The translations under genes and the position numbers were made by a program. The notes beneath the pieces are model-generated. The model saw only the letters and a program-made list of their open reading frames with translations, was not told the origin of the DNA and did not search any database. Source: Chiloscyllium plagiosum (lineage: Eukaryota). Taken from it: DNA of 64,000 nt. How positions within the stretch are numbered: position 1 is the first letter of the stretch; every line of letters starts with the position of its first letter. The stretch lies in NCBI RefSeq assembly GCF_004010195.1, contig NC_057751.1, positions 2,820,379 to 2,884,378 of the forward strand, read 5' to 3'. Shown in pieces: positions 10,699 through 24,275 of this stretch.

Positions 10699-13147
10699 GA
10701 TCAATCCCTTATATTGGAGCTTTCTGCAGTTTTCCTCCATTTAAATCATGCTGTGTTCTTTTGTTCTTCCATTTAAAATGAACAACTTGACATTTTCCAA
10801 CATTGTACTCCACTTGCCGACTTTTTGTCCAGTTACCTAATCGATCAATATCTGTCTGTAAACTCTTATGCAATTTGCCTTTCCACCTAGTTTTGTGTGT
10901 CCAAGAGAACATTATTTCCATGCAAGATTTCCAGCAAGCTATTTAACCTGGTTAGGTCACACCGGATAACTCTGCATTGTTTCACTTCAGTTGACTGGCC
11001 TGTTATTGTACAGCAGATTGCATGTAATTCCAAGTGTGCATGACCTGAATTCAGCTTAATCCAGGGTCAAACCTGTGACTCTGACCAGCATCCAGCCTGT
11101 GACATGGTCTATCCTGGTAAGAGTGGACAGGGTAAATTCATACAACAGGTTTTGGGAGTTCACAATGCCTGAGCCTTTCATTAGCAGAATGAGTTCCTGG
11201 GATAGCTTACGCTGCTAATGTGTAACGATGTTTGCAACTGAGAGTTAAACATCAACACAACATTTTGAAAGTGCAATTCAATGCGATCAACAGGAGTTTC
11301 TGCCCATTGCATATTGTGTAAATTTTACAACTGAGGGGACTAACGACCAATGAGACAATGCCTCTTATTTTCTGGGGGTTTGGAGAACCTAGTTCTGAAG
11401 GAGACAAATTGGAATGGAACATTGTAGATGAAAATGTTAAATGATAGAGACAGACACAGATACAGACTGGCAGTTCTGTTCTTTTGTAAGTGACCCCATC
11501 AGCCAACAGGGTCATATATTTTCGCAATGGATCATCCTTTAAGCTGTGTTTGGCAGAAACACTGTCGCACAAATCTCCTTGGGTGGCCATAGGCCAACAC
11601 AGAACAAGATTAATAAGGATTTAAGCGTGGATTGGCTATTGGTAATGAGGCCTGGTCCAATAACTGCAGATCTGATGAGAATAAAAGGCTTTTATGTATC
11701 ATCTGAACCCAATAAAGCTAAACGCCACTGTCATTTAATACAAACTATTCACAGTGTGCGTGGTAGTACAGAGCATTGTATAACCAATTAATGTTGCGTG
11801 TCATTGCAGGAAAAGCTCTTCCATTTGATCAATACTGGACTTTAGATTTTATTCCTTGATATCTAACGCAAAGTGACATGAATTGCATCACTGCAGTGAT
11901 GGGTGAACACAGCCTGGGAGGGTGAAAATCATTCCCCTTCAGTGAGATTTGTGTTGACTCTAATAAACAGGCACCAAGCTTCTAAATCAACCCTGACTTT
12001 ATATGGCTGATTACAGACTCAGTTCTGGATTTCCTGTGTTCCTTTCTCTTGTATGAGTTGAAGACGTTGTCACTGCAGTACTCTGATTGATAATGGGTCT
12101 ATCCTCTTTTCACACAGAGGTGCCTATGCTTAGTTAACTCCTGTCAGCTCAGACCAGGTTACATCTCTGATGAAACACTCAACACCGACAGTAAACAGAC
12201 AGCTCGAGGTTAGCTTTGTTGCTGTTGGCCTCCTGCCTTTCTCCTCGATTTGTTTACCTCAGGTACAACAACAACAGCCTGAATTTATACAGTACCTTTT
12301 CATGAGAAAAGTGAAGGTCGAGAGGAGATTTGATTGCATGATTCAACATAATGCAGCGTAGATCCAGAGAAACTACTTTCATTAGTGGAAGAATCAATCA
12401 GTTTAAGGTAGTCACTAACCGAGACAATGGCGAAATGAGGGAAACCCCGAGCGGTTAGTCGCTGAGAGCACTATCTGAGGGACAGATTCAACTAGGATTT
12501 TGGATCATTATCGAGAGAGGAACTGTTTCTCTGACAGGGAAAGGGAGGGTCATTTGGTCCAGAGAACTGGCAAAGTCAAAGCAGATATCAGATATCTCAA
12601 ACAGTCAGGTGTTTCTGGGAGCCCACTGTGCATGAATCTGTGCTTGGAATGAGAATCATAACCAAGGATAGCAAAACGTGGAGAGGCAGAAAGGTGAAGG
12701 GAGCCCAGGCAACCAAACACATGTGCACTAGTGATGGAGCAATTCAAAGCAGGAATGCTCAAGATGTCAAATCTGAAGGAGTGCAATGATGATGGAGAGG
12801 TCAGGGCTGAGGAGATTGCAAAGATGGGGAGGGGTTTGAAAGCATCAATGCCAATTTTACGCTGATGGCATTGGTAATCTGGGAGGCATCAATTTTGGGT
12901 GAAAGGGGCTTGGTGTGAATTTAGACACCAGCAGAATGGATCTTAACGTGGTGAAGTCATGGAGCTTGGTTGATGGGAACCTCGGGGGAAAGACCATCAG
13001 AACTGATGAATCTGGAGAATGATGTACCTGGAGGAAGACATGTGGCAAATATGGTTCAGCAAAGCTGTTAATTTATCAGCTGATACCTGAGATCAGCATC
13101 TCTTGGAGGATCAGAACTAAGGAACAGTGCATGGTCAGGTGGTCAAA

Positions 13148-13842
13148 ACTGAGGGAGTGCCGCACTGTCGGAGGGTCAGTGCTGAGGGAGTGCCGCACTG
13201 TCGGAGGGTCAGTGCTGAGGGAGTGCTGTACTGATGGAGGGTCAGTACTGAGGGAGTGCTGCACTGTCGGAGGGTCAGTGCTGAGGGAGTACTGCACTGT
13301 CAGAGGGTCAGTACTGAGGGAGTGCTGTACTGTCGGAGGGTCATTGCTGAGGAAGTGCTGTACTGTCGGAGGGTCAGTGCTGAGGGAGCGCCGCACTGTC
13401 GGAGGGTCATTGCTGAGGGAGTGCTGTACTGTTGGAGGGTCAGTGCTGAGGGAGCGCCGTACTGATGGAGGGTCAGTACTGAGGGAGTGCTGCACTGTCG
13501 GAGGGTCAGTGCTGAGGGAGTGCTGCACTGTCAGAGGGTCAGTCCTGAGGGAGTGCGGTACTGTCAGAGGGTCAGCTCTGAGGGAGTGCTGTACTGTCGG
13601 AGGCTCAGTGCTGAGGGAGTGCTGCACTGTCGGAGGGTCATTGCTGAGGGAGTGCTGCACTGTCAGAGGGTCAGTCCTGAGGGAGTGCTGCACTGTCAGA
13701 GGGTCAGTCCTGAGGGAGTGCGGTACTGTTAGAGGGTCAGCACTGAGGGAGTGCTGTACTGTCGGAGGGTCATTGCTGAGGGAGTGCTGTACTGTTGGAG
13801 GGTCAGTGCTGAGGGCCGCGCCGCACTGTCGGAGGGTCAGTC
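13148..13842 (+). repeat. 30-bp minisatellite, about 23 units, consensus CAGTGCTGAGGGAGTGCTGCACTGTCGGAGGGT-like
   Basis: Tandem array is directly visible; it yields the repetitive ORFs (LRECCTVGGS)n and (VQHSLSTDPP)n. Confidence 0.97.
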
Positions 13843-14391
13843 ATATTATATAAGGAGTTTTTGCAGAAATGCTTTCTTCCAACTGAGCCACAGGACATAT
13901 TGACATGCAATCTAGGTTAGCAGTGTAGAAAAGTGCAGAGGATCATGTCTTCAAAGGGCTGTCCTTTAGATGTCAAAGCAAGTTGCTAATACAACCCCCA
14001 AAGTTGGCTTGTCATCCAACTGCTGCATTCTTGCTGTGTCTGATTAATATTACAGTCGCAAGATACTTCGGGTCCTGGCAATCTAAAACAAAACTGGTGC
14101 AAGTACTCAGCAGTTGTGTAAATATCTGTGCAGAGAGCTAAACAGAGTTGTTCTTTGAGTTTTCAGCAGAACTGGGATAGGTTTGTGATACAATTAGTTG
14201 TAAGCATTCAGAGAGACGGATAAAGGTGGGCAGAACAGAAGGGAAGGTCGAAGATAGAATGGAATCCAGGAGATATGAAGTGATGAATTGGAACCTCGTG
14301 CAAGATCAAAGGAGGTGTTCAGATGGCAAATAAACCATGAAAGTATTGGTCTGACAGCTACCCTGTGAAGAAGCGACACTGGGAGCCATCA

Positions 14392-14690
14392 GCATGGTGG
14401 ATCAATGGTTAGCACTGCTGCCTCACAGCACCAGGGTCCCAGGTTCGATTCCAGCCTCGGGCGACTGTCTGTGTGGAGTTTGCACATTCTCCCCGTGTCT
14501 GCGTGGGTTTCTTCTCACAGTCCCAAGATGTGCAAGTTCGGTGAATTGGCCATGCTGAATTGCCTGTAGTGTTAGGTGCATTACTCAGAGGGAAAAGGGT
14601 CTGGGTGGGTTACACTTTGGAGGGTTGGTGTGGACTTGTTGGGCCGCAGGGTCTGTTTCCACACGGTAGGGAATCTAATCTTAAAAAAAA
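14392..14690 (+). mobile_element. HE1-type V-SINE
   Basis: A box TGGATCAATGG, B box GGTTCGATTCC, V-domain CTGTGTGGAGTTTGCACATTCTCCCCGTGTCTGCGTGGGTTT, CR1-like tail. Confidence 0.9.
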
Positions 14691-14781
14691 GTGGAGGTCA
14701 AAGTTATTGAACCTCCAAGATGGGTAGGTGTAGATTACTCTTAATTATCATTCCTCCAATGTCTGCAATGGATTTATTAAA

Positions 14782-15057
14782 GATTCATGGAATCCCTACA
14801 GTGTGGAAGCAGGCCATTCAACCCATCGACTTCCCAGAGATCTACACACCCGACCCCATCCCCCTAAGCTCGCATTTCTCATGGCTAATCCATCTAACCT
14901 GCACGTCTTTGGACTGGTGGAGGAAACCGGAGCAAACCCCCGCAGGCACAGGGAGAACATGCAAACTCCACATATACACTCACCGAAGGGGGCAATCAAA
15001 CCTAGGTCCCTGACACTGTGAGGCAACAGTGCTAACCACTGAGCCACTGTGCCACCA
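14782..15057 (-). mobile_element. HE1-type V-SINE
   Basis: Reverse complement of GGTGGCACAGTGGCTCAGTGGTTAGCAC, plus V-domain and tail. Confidence 0.88.
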
Positions 15058-18000
15058 CATTCCATTGTTTGGAATCGCAATAAAATAAATCACATTTCCC
15101 CTTTCTCTTTCCCAACAGCCCACTTTCAACCCAATGTCTGACTCCCATTCGAAAGTCACCAGTGGATCTGTTTCCACTGCCCTTTCAGGCAGGACATTCT
15201 AGTTTGTCACAACTTGCTGCATTAAAATCACTTCCTGTCTCCCAACTTGCTGTTTCCCGAGTCCCTCGTGTGTTCATCTAAGTTCTTCAAATTCTGTACT
15301 CTTCAATGTTGCAAAGGGTGAATATTCCATTTGCCTTATTTTTTTTTAATTTGATCGCGGTTCAGGGAATTCTAATTTTCTGGTTTCAACACTGTTCTGC
15401 AAGGTAATTTTGGGTGGCTCATATGTCATACATGTTGAACTCCATCGGCCACAGCTCTGTCCATTTGTTAGCCATGTCCCTTTGAACTCTGTGTCCTGTG
15501 CCACCTTACTTGATATTGCAGGTTAAATGCCAATTTGAACTAGTCAGATTAAATGATCTGTTTCTGTGCTGTGAACTGAGTGTAATTCCAGGGAACTGCT
15601 AAGTTGTTTAATTGCCTGAGCCATGTAGGTTTTGGGTGAAGCATTTGCTCAGCATGTGGGGTATTCAGTCTCAGAAGTGACTGCATTAGACCCATGCTGC
15701 CCTGACAAATCACAGCACATTATGAAGGAGTCACAGGCTCCACTCATTCAGCCACTCATGCCTGTTTACAAACGGAAAAGGAAAGTAATATGTCAATTTA
15801 ACTCAGAGGGGGGTTCACAGTGACGCAGAAAGCTATCCTGAGGATGAAGAAATTTTCTCGGGGGTGAAGGGACCTGCCGTGCAGAATTAAATGCGTGACA
15901 TTGTGCCCCACGTTGAGAGAATTTCAGTGGTTTTCCTGTAGAAAATAAGCCTGACTGCTTCACATTCTCAGGTACAAGGTTTGCTTTGAAGGTTCCCCAT
16001 TGCAATTTATCTCTCTCTATTAGATCCATTATGCATCACCCCAGGTGCATGACAGATCTGTTCCATTGGGTAGCAGCTCGTGATCATTTGAACCCTCCAG
16101 TGGGCACAGCTTCTGGAATATATGCTATCATCAGCTGAGGCCCACACTGCAGACTGGCCAGCAGGAATAACAATACAAAACGATTAGCTTGGTCTTGGAA
16201 AGAGTGAGTTGTGGCTGATAGTCCAGCATTGCAAGGTTATGAGGAAGAGAGCAGGTGGAACTGCCAGGGTTTGTGAAATAACCACGCAGATGCCAGTCAC
16301 TAACTCACCCTTAATTACACATGGACTCTAGATGGGCTGTGACCAGCCAGCTCAAAGCCAGTCTCGAGACTGAAGGGACCTTCTGAATCTCCTGTTTCAA
16401 TCTGTCAGCCAGGGCTCCCTGATTGGCCCAAGTTAACAACCCCAATCAGGAATCAATGAAATCCACCGGGCCTGCATTCTAATCACTACAGTTTGATAAA
16501 CAGGGTCAAAGACCAGTGAAGTACGGGGGAATTTTAGGAAGAATTTTTTTTTTGTGCGTACTGACAGGCAACAGCTTGAACAGGTTGGAAAAGTGCAAAC
16601 AGTCAGTGATTTTTAAAAGGGAGTTCATTGGAAAAAAAAACTGCTGTGCTCTGCAGAGCAAGTGGAGGATTGGGACAGGCTGGATTGCTCTAAAGATGAG
16701 ACACATGGGTCCCTTCTGTGTCGCAAATGACTCTACGAGTGGATGATGCATGCAGCAATGAAACTCATCAAAGGCAGGGCTGAGTGAAATTGCTAGACAG
16801 GAGGCAGCATTGTGGGGAAGATAGAGGATGGAACAAGTGAGCAGAATTGTAATATTGAAGCCTGAAAGTAAGGGACAGAAAGCCTACCAGTAAGGAACTG
16901 ATCACAGTCATTATGCCTCACGATCGAGCATCATCTCGTCCCATGCATTATGCACTCCAGTGTCACACTCCGTTCTATTGGCCCCTGTACCAATGCTCTG
17001 CACACAATCATCCACCACCCTATTTCAGTTCATGTCAATGAATCTCATCCTCCAGATCATTCCAGTCTTGGAGTTGGTCAATGTTTAGAGTCTGTCACTG
17101 TCTGATTTCCTTTCCTGCAGTTTATTAATGAACTTATTGCTTTGGTGGGATTTGAACACTTCACTATTTCTAAAGGGGAAAAATGCATTTGCTCATCCTT
17201 GTCCTTCTCCGGCATGAGGTGGAGCAGCCTCCCGGTCACTGTGAAACTAAAGCCTACTTTTCAGGCTGGGTTAGCAGATGAGAGAGTGAAGTGGGCCAAA
17301 TCGTGGAGCCCATCTTAATTGTGAAATGATATCCTACTTGTTGCTCAGCCAGCAAGTTTAATTGATGCTATTCTTCCTTCAGATGGTGTGTGGTGAGAAT
17401 TTGAGAGAACATCATTTGAACATAAAGTGGGAAACCAATTATCAGTGTGTCAGTCCACTCTGCAGACAGAGAAAACAAACATTAATACAGCTACATCTGA
17501 ACAAGACATGAAATCTGAAAGAAAACTGGGAATTGAGGGAGCTGGATCCCTGGCATATGTTACAGGGTTAGTTTTCAAGAAAATCAAAGCGAAGTATAAA
17601 AAGAGAGTTGAGATGCATTTCACATTGTAAATTCAGATTGGATGAGGCATACAGAAATGTATCAGCTGAGATGCACTTATCTTATTTAACAGGCCCTGTT
17701 ATCTCATAAACTTAGACATGCTTGAAAATAATAAGTAGGAAATATCTTTGTGTTTCAGAAGTTGATAATAATGTGATAACAATGTGTAAAAGGATGAAAT
17801 AAGCAGCTAATGGTGAACTGGTGTTCACTGCTCCTTGAGCATATTAAAGGCAGGTGGCCCACCAAGTATTCTTTTTCAGAATCACACATCAGGCACAAGG
17901 TTTATTACATTGAGTCTGCAGCTCACAAACAGGCCATTCAGCCTGAGTAGTCTGTATCAGCATTCATGTTCTCTACTCTCATTCATGGCATCCAATAAAC

Positions 18001-18882
18001 ATGTCCCTCTCTTCCTTTCTCTTACTTGTGTTTATTCAGCCTCCCCCTTTGTTTTTGAAATGTCAGCCTGGAATGGTCTTGGTAGCTTTCAGCTGGTGAT
18101 GGAGGGAGATGTTGATCTCTCAGTATTCTGCCATTCATTGGCAGGAAGTTGCTGTGTATGGGGAAAGAGGCAGGTCTGGGATTTTCCACAACGTCCTTTC
18201 TACTCAACTGTCCATTCGGCAATGACCTGCCAACCCTCCGTCTGTGCACCCGGTCAGCACTGACCAAGAGGTTGGTGGGCATTGTTTCTACACAGCCAAA
18301 CCCAAAGGCCCAACATATTCACCTTAGATTCAGAAGAAAATCTCTGCATGCCTGGTATGAATGTTGTGAACCTTCTCACGACTGCCTTCAAAGCCATGAT
18401 ATCTTTCCTTCGAAATGGGGACCAAACCTGTTCACAGTGTTCTTGGCAAATTCTAACTCATGCCTTGCATGGTTTGAGCAAGACTTACCTATTTTTACAC
18501 TCCATTCCCTTGGAAGTATTTTGTGAAAGCTAGCAGACCCCAGAAGGAGAAGCCTCCATCTTGTTGGCTTGCTCCTGTGCACTCTCCGACAGAATACAGC
18601 TCCCCTACGTGTGGATGGAGAGCAGCCAAACAAAATGTTTGCACGTGGTCCTCAGTCAATGTGGACCATCACCTGTGTCATGGCTCCCAGCCTTCTACCT
18701 TCTGATAGCTCCTCCAAATGTAGGGGGCAATCTGCATTCAGTACAGCCCAGGGCAGTAACCTGCGTGTGGAGGTTTTAACCATGGAGAGGCTGTTGGGCT
18801 GCAGTCACCCTCTGCTTTAAGCTGACCAGGACGCTGCCCTTTGCACGCACACAGACATACACCGACACACACACTGACACAG

Positions 18883-19298
18883 CTGCTGCCTCAGGTAGGT
18901 TGGAAGGATTTACACACTAATACTCATTCTGCTTGGCCAGGTTGTGAACACAGTGTCTGTGGCCATCGAATCCTGGAGTGAGACTTCAATGTGCAATCTC
19001 TGGCTCAGGTGGGACACTGACACACCTAGACACACAGACACACACACTGACACACAGACACACATACACACACACACACACACGCACAGACACACAGACA
19101 CACACACTGACACACACAGACAGACAGAAACACACACACACACACACACAGACAAGGATACACACACAAACACACGCACAGACACACACACACACACACA
19201 TACCTGCTGCCTCAGGTAGGTTGGAAGGATTTACACACTGATACTCATTCTGCTTGGCCATGTTGTGAACACACTGTCTGTGGCCTTGAATCTTGGAG
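18883..19298 (+). repeat. About 95-bp direct duplication flanking the CA tract (18883-18978 and 19204-19298)
   Basis: CTGCTGCCTCAGGTAGGTTGGAAGGATTTACACACT.ATACTCATTCTGCTTGGCCA occurs twice. Confidence 0.9.
19015..19202 (+). repeat. Imperfect (CA)n microsatellite
   Basis: Directly visible CA/CAGA run. Confidence 0.95.
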
Positions 19299-21559
19299 AC
19301 CCCCTGCCCTACTAAGTACTTAAGTCCCACCACAATGCTCAGTCCAATGCCATCCTTGTGACCTCCTCCAGCCACCCTGCCCTGAATGAGATCTTGATTC
19401 TTGTTCAATTCTGGCCTCTTATGTTTCCTTCATTTTCAATGTCCTGTCATTGGCTGTATCTTCGATTGCCTGAACTCTGAATCCTGTCGTCCTGAGAACC
19501 TTACTCTTTTATCAAGCCTTTGACCAATGGTTCCAATATCTCATTTTGTGATTTGGTGTCACAACTTCCGTGAAGATCACTCCTGTGAAGAGCTTAAATT
19601 CATTTTACTACATTGAAGACATTTTATAAAACACAATTCATTCTGTTGGTTTGCAGTATTGTGATTTTGAATGAATTGTGATCAAACATTGTCATTGTAG
19701 TAGTGTTCAGAAACCTGCCAATGTGCATAAATCTGTGACGGTCTGAATGGAGTAATGTCTGATGGACTTCAAGTAAATTTGTTGAGTGAGCTTGCTGGGA
19801 GTGCTCTGGAGAGTGACATATCATTCAATTCATCAACATAGCCCATAAAATGAATGAGATTAGATGCAAATACAAGCACCAAAAATGCGTAATTTTTCTA
19901 ATATCTTGTTATCATCCAAATTGGAATATATATTTCCGTCATACAACAAATAGATCTATGCAGCATTGTTAATGTGGTGAACAGATTTTTTTCTGATTTC
20001 TTCAAGTTCTATAAAACTGAGCTTATTTGACTGCCTCTGCCTTATTTCCTTTGTGTCATTCTTTACACTTACGTGTAGAATTCTTTCATAGACAGGCCAT
20101 TCAATCTAAATGCTCTACATTTGTGTTTAGTCTCAATGTGAGCTTTCTGTCTTCCCTCTTCATTTCACCACGTCACTATATCTACCGTACTGATTAAATT
20201 ATCCTGTGAGTGAATCAACACCATTCACTTCAACCAATCCCAGTGGGTACAATTCCCATTTTCCCACCGCTCGCTGGGTAAAAAGGTTCTTCCTGAATTC
20301 CATGTTTTGTTTATTAGTGACATGTGACTCCCTCTCTGACAGCATTGTGGGTATACCAACGTCAAATGGATTTCAGTGGTTCAAGAAGGCAGCTCTCAGC
20401 TTATGAACAGGCAAGAACTGCTGGCTAATTCAGTGAAACCCATATCCAGTGAGTGAGTGCAAAGTGTTGTATTTATAGCCCCGATTCATTTGTCTCCACA
20501 AATTGAAATGTCTTCTCTTCACCTCTCTATTTCAATCCTTTCATAATGTGAAATATCTATATCAGGTTGTCTGCAGCCCTCTCTTTTATAAAGAAAAGAG
20601 CTCCAGCCTGTTCAATCTTCCCTGAGAAGGATAATTTCTCAGTTCTGGTATCGTTGCTGTCAATCTTCTAATCATCTTCTGCAGTGTATCCATATCCACT
20701 TTGTAATATGCAGACCAGAAGTATTGAAATTCTTTCCATTTTTATTGTTCACCTAATCAGAAAAGTAAATATAATAATTTCATGAACTCTTTCACTTCCA
20801 CACTTATATATTTCATACATACCAGCTTGATTTGTTTTTTCCATTCTTTAAAGTGTTCAAGTGAAGGCAGATGTGGACATTCAAATAAGAAAATTGGGGC
20901 AATGGAACAATGCAGCAATTTGAGTGAAGACAGAATGGGATAGGAAAGTATCAAGAGTTTAACTGTAATCACACATCAGCGCATGCAGGTAATACCAGTA
21001 AAAATGAAAATTAATGGCTCTTCATCTGTATGTGCAAATAACCTGCAATATAAAGTCACTGATGGCACAAATTGAGAGAAGTTGTTAAGATCTAACCATG
21101 ACATTGATATGGTTACAAAGTGACCAACTGAGAAATAAATCTTCTAGGGGACACAATATTTCAAAGTGACAGAATGGAAAAGGTGACGGAATACCACTGA
21201 TGATGAACAATGAGGTAGTACAGAGTGGCCCAAAAATTCAAACAATAGAATTGTTATGCGTGGTAATGACAAATAACAGACGATGGGTGTGAGGAGTTTA
21301 TAGATTCACCTGGAAATATCTAGGGTGAAAACTTTATTCGATCCAGTTTGTGGCAGGATAAAAAATCTTAAGTGAAATAGTGATCGTCATAAGATTGAAT
21401 TTGATTTGATCTGATTTGATTCATTATGATTGGAACATGTACCAAGAGCTGCTGAAAAGCCTTGGGAGAAAAGAATTTCATGTGAACTTTGAAAATAACA
21501 TGCTCCAATTGCAAACAAAAATCTTAAACTTAAGCAAAGCCACTCACACAGGATTGAGC

Positions 21560-21930
21560 AGAGAACATAGAAGAGTACGGCACTGTATAGGCCCTTCAGT
21601 CCTCGATGTTGTGCCAACCTTTTATCCCACTCTAAGATCTGACTAACCTACTTACCCTTCATTTTACTATCTTCCATGTGCCTATCCAAGAGTTGCATAA
21701 ATGTCCCTGATGTATCTGACTCTACTACCACTACTTGCAGTGCATTCCACACACCCACCACTCTCTGTGTAAAGAATTGAATGCCGATATCTTGCCGAAA
21801 CCTTCCTCTAATCACCTTAAAATTATGCCCTCTTGTGATAGACATTTCCGCCATGTAAAAAAAATCTCTGGCTATCCATTCTGTCTATACCTCTTGTCAT
21901 CTTGTGCACCTCTATCAAATGCTCCCTAAA
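21560..21930 (-). mobile_element. CR1 3' end fragment
   Basis: ORF 21648-21854 'TRGHNFKV..FFTQRVVGVWNAL'; tail near 21560. Confidence 0.85.
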
Positions 21931-22900
21931 CAACCTTCGCATTTCTGTCGTGCATTTCCCTGAGAATATCTATTTGCAAATTATGCTCCACAGTCCCTGC
22001 CTAATAGCATTGGAATCCCCCCTCCACAATTAAATACTTCCCCATACCGTCTGCTCTGATCCCTCCCCATGACTATAGCAAAGATCAGGAGGTTGTGATC
22101 ACTATCACCGAAATGCTCCCCCACCAAGAGATCTGACACCTGATCTAGTACCAAATCCAATATGGCCTTCCCTCTAGTCAGCCTCTCTACGTATTGAGGT
22201 AGGAAACCTTTCTGAACACACATGACAAAAATTGCTCCATCCAAACTATTTGAACTAAGGAGTTTCCAATCAATATCAGGAAAGTTAAGATCACCCATGA
22301 CAACAACCCTGTCATTTCTGCACCTTTCAAATCCACCTCCCAATCTGCTCCTCTGTTTCTCTGTTGCTATTGGGGCAGGAGGCGCAGGGGGTGGGGGGGT
22401 GGAGAAAACTCCTAATAAAGTGACTGCTTCTTTCCTGTTTCTGACTTCCACCCATACTGACTCAATTGACAAGCCCTCCTTGACAATCTCCCCTTCTGTA
22501 GCTCTGATACTATCTCTGATTATCCCTGACAATGACACACCCCCACCTCTTTTACCTCCCTCCCTATTCCTTTTGAAACATCTAAACCCTGGATCATCCA
22601 ACAACTGTTCCTGTCCCTGTGATATCCAAGTCTCCAAAATGGACACAACATCACAGCTCCAAGTACTGGTCCATGCTCTGAGTCCATCACCCTTATTCCT
22701 GACACTTTTTGCATTAAAATAGACACACTTCAACCCATCAAGCTGACTGCACCTTTGCCTTATCAAGTGCCTATTCCTCCACACAGACTCTCCGCACGCT
22801 GTACCTGGCTGTTCATGACTGACTCGATCATCTGGTCTGTAGCTCCAGTTCCCACCCCTCCCAATCTAGTTTAAACCCTCCCAAAGAGCTCTTGCAAACC
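21930..22900 (-). mobile_element. CR1 ORF1 end / ORF2 endonuclease fragment
   Basis: ORF 21981-22784: CVYFNAKSVRNK, ILETW, GGGV, VMGDLNFP, LDLVL, GDSDHN. Confidence 0.9.
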
Positions 22901-23979
22901 TCCCAAAACCTTAATTTTGATTTCTTTGCACAGATGCTGCTGAGCTTTTCCAGCAACTTCTGTTTTTGAAATAACCAATGATGTTGTCTGAAAACAAAGG
23001 CTCAGGAAGAAAATTCACCCATGACTTACTGAGGAGGTTAAGAATTGTATAAAAGAAGAAGCATTTCATGTTATAATAACACTAGACAGCTTGAGCAGGT
23101 TTATGAGAGTAAATTAGCCAAGAATATTAAAAAAAACAAATTGGAAGAGCTTCTATCACGATCTAAAAATAGGAGTGGATAAACAGTACATGATTCCATG
23201 AGGAAGGGACAGGAGAAATTAACATGAGGCTTGTGGCTGACTTCAGGGACAGCTCTCCAAGGAACTACACAGTGTGAAGAAATTTAGTTAACTTCAACAT
23301 AGAACGAGTATTAGAGAGGACAATTGCGGAGTTTGCATTATTCGATTCAATCTTTAATTTTTGTGGGATTTGTGGGAATCAAGTATCAGCATGCGTACCT
23401 CAATGGGTGGTGACAATGTCCCTGCTTGACTTCCCCTCCATGAAGCAATCCTCTGTGTACATTTATATTGGACACCCAGTTCCATGAGTCTTATATTGCC
23501 TCTTGCATGGCTCGTTCTCAAGTGTCTTTCTGCAATCTTACTATACAGCTGCAAACTCTTCTTGATTGAACCTGCTTTTATATTCTCAGGAAAACTCAAC
23601 AAATAACTCAAACACAATTTCCCTCTCATAAAATCATTTTCGGCTTTGAATGGTCATACATCGTCAAGCTTAACTCATAAGATTCCAAGACTTGCCAATG
23701 ACTGATGCTAGGTTTACTGGTTATCCCTCTCCTTCCTTTCTTGAATGGCATTGGCACATTCGCTGAGTCCTTTAGACTGTTGCTACTGTTCAGGAATCCA
23801 GGAAATATTCAAAAATCACAACCAGTGCACCCACCATCCCTGCAGATACCTCTTTTAGAATCCGAGGCAATTCGGCCTCAGCTCCTGGGAAACTGTTATC
23901 TTCTCCCTGAAGTATCTCCAATGCTAAAAAATAAATAAGTATTTGTCAATGTAAATCAGTTCTAACTCTAGAATATGAA

Positions 23980-24275
23980 TGGTGGCTCAGTGGTTAGCAG
24001 TGCTGCCTCACAGCACCAAGGACCCAGGTTCGATTCCACCTGGGGTTACTGTCTGTGCGGCATTTACACATTTTCCCTGTGTGGGTTTCTTCCCACATCT
24101 AAAGGTGCACACAGTAGGCAGATTGTCAATGTTAAATTGCCCACAGTGTCCAGGGATATGTAAGCCAGCTGGGTTAGTGATGGGAAATGCAGGGATAGGG
24201 TGGTGAGATGCTGTTTGGAAGGGCAAGGTGGACTTGATGGGCTGAGTGGCCTGCTTGCACACAGTAGTGATTCAT
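23980..24275 (+). mobile_element. HE1-type V-SINE, older and diverged
   Basis: TGGTGGCTCAGTGGTTAGCAGTGCTGCCTCACAGC, B box GGTTCGATTCC. Confidence 0.85.

Noticed and set aside
13076..13853. 205-aa and 240-aa repetitive ORFs as protein genes, or the array as CRISPR
   Set aside because: They are translations of a 30-bp minisatellite. There are no unique spacers or cas genes, and the DNA is vertebrate.
14392..14460. tRNA-like A/B box sequences, here and in the other seven SINE heads, as tRNA genes
   Set aside because: They continue into a V-domain and LINE-like tail, with no complete cloverleaf or oligo-T terminator; these are SINE heads.
16300..16495. Possible LTR fragment with CCTGATTGG...CCAATCAGG inverted motif
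   Set aside because: No clear termini or TSD.
17427..18820. Cluster of 60-140-aa ORFs as host exons
   Set aside because: No recognisable domain; part of the region (about 18380-18520) looks like degraded minus-strand CR1.
18910..19408. CVCV/THTH ORFs
   Set aside because: Read-through of the (CA)n microsatellite.
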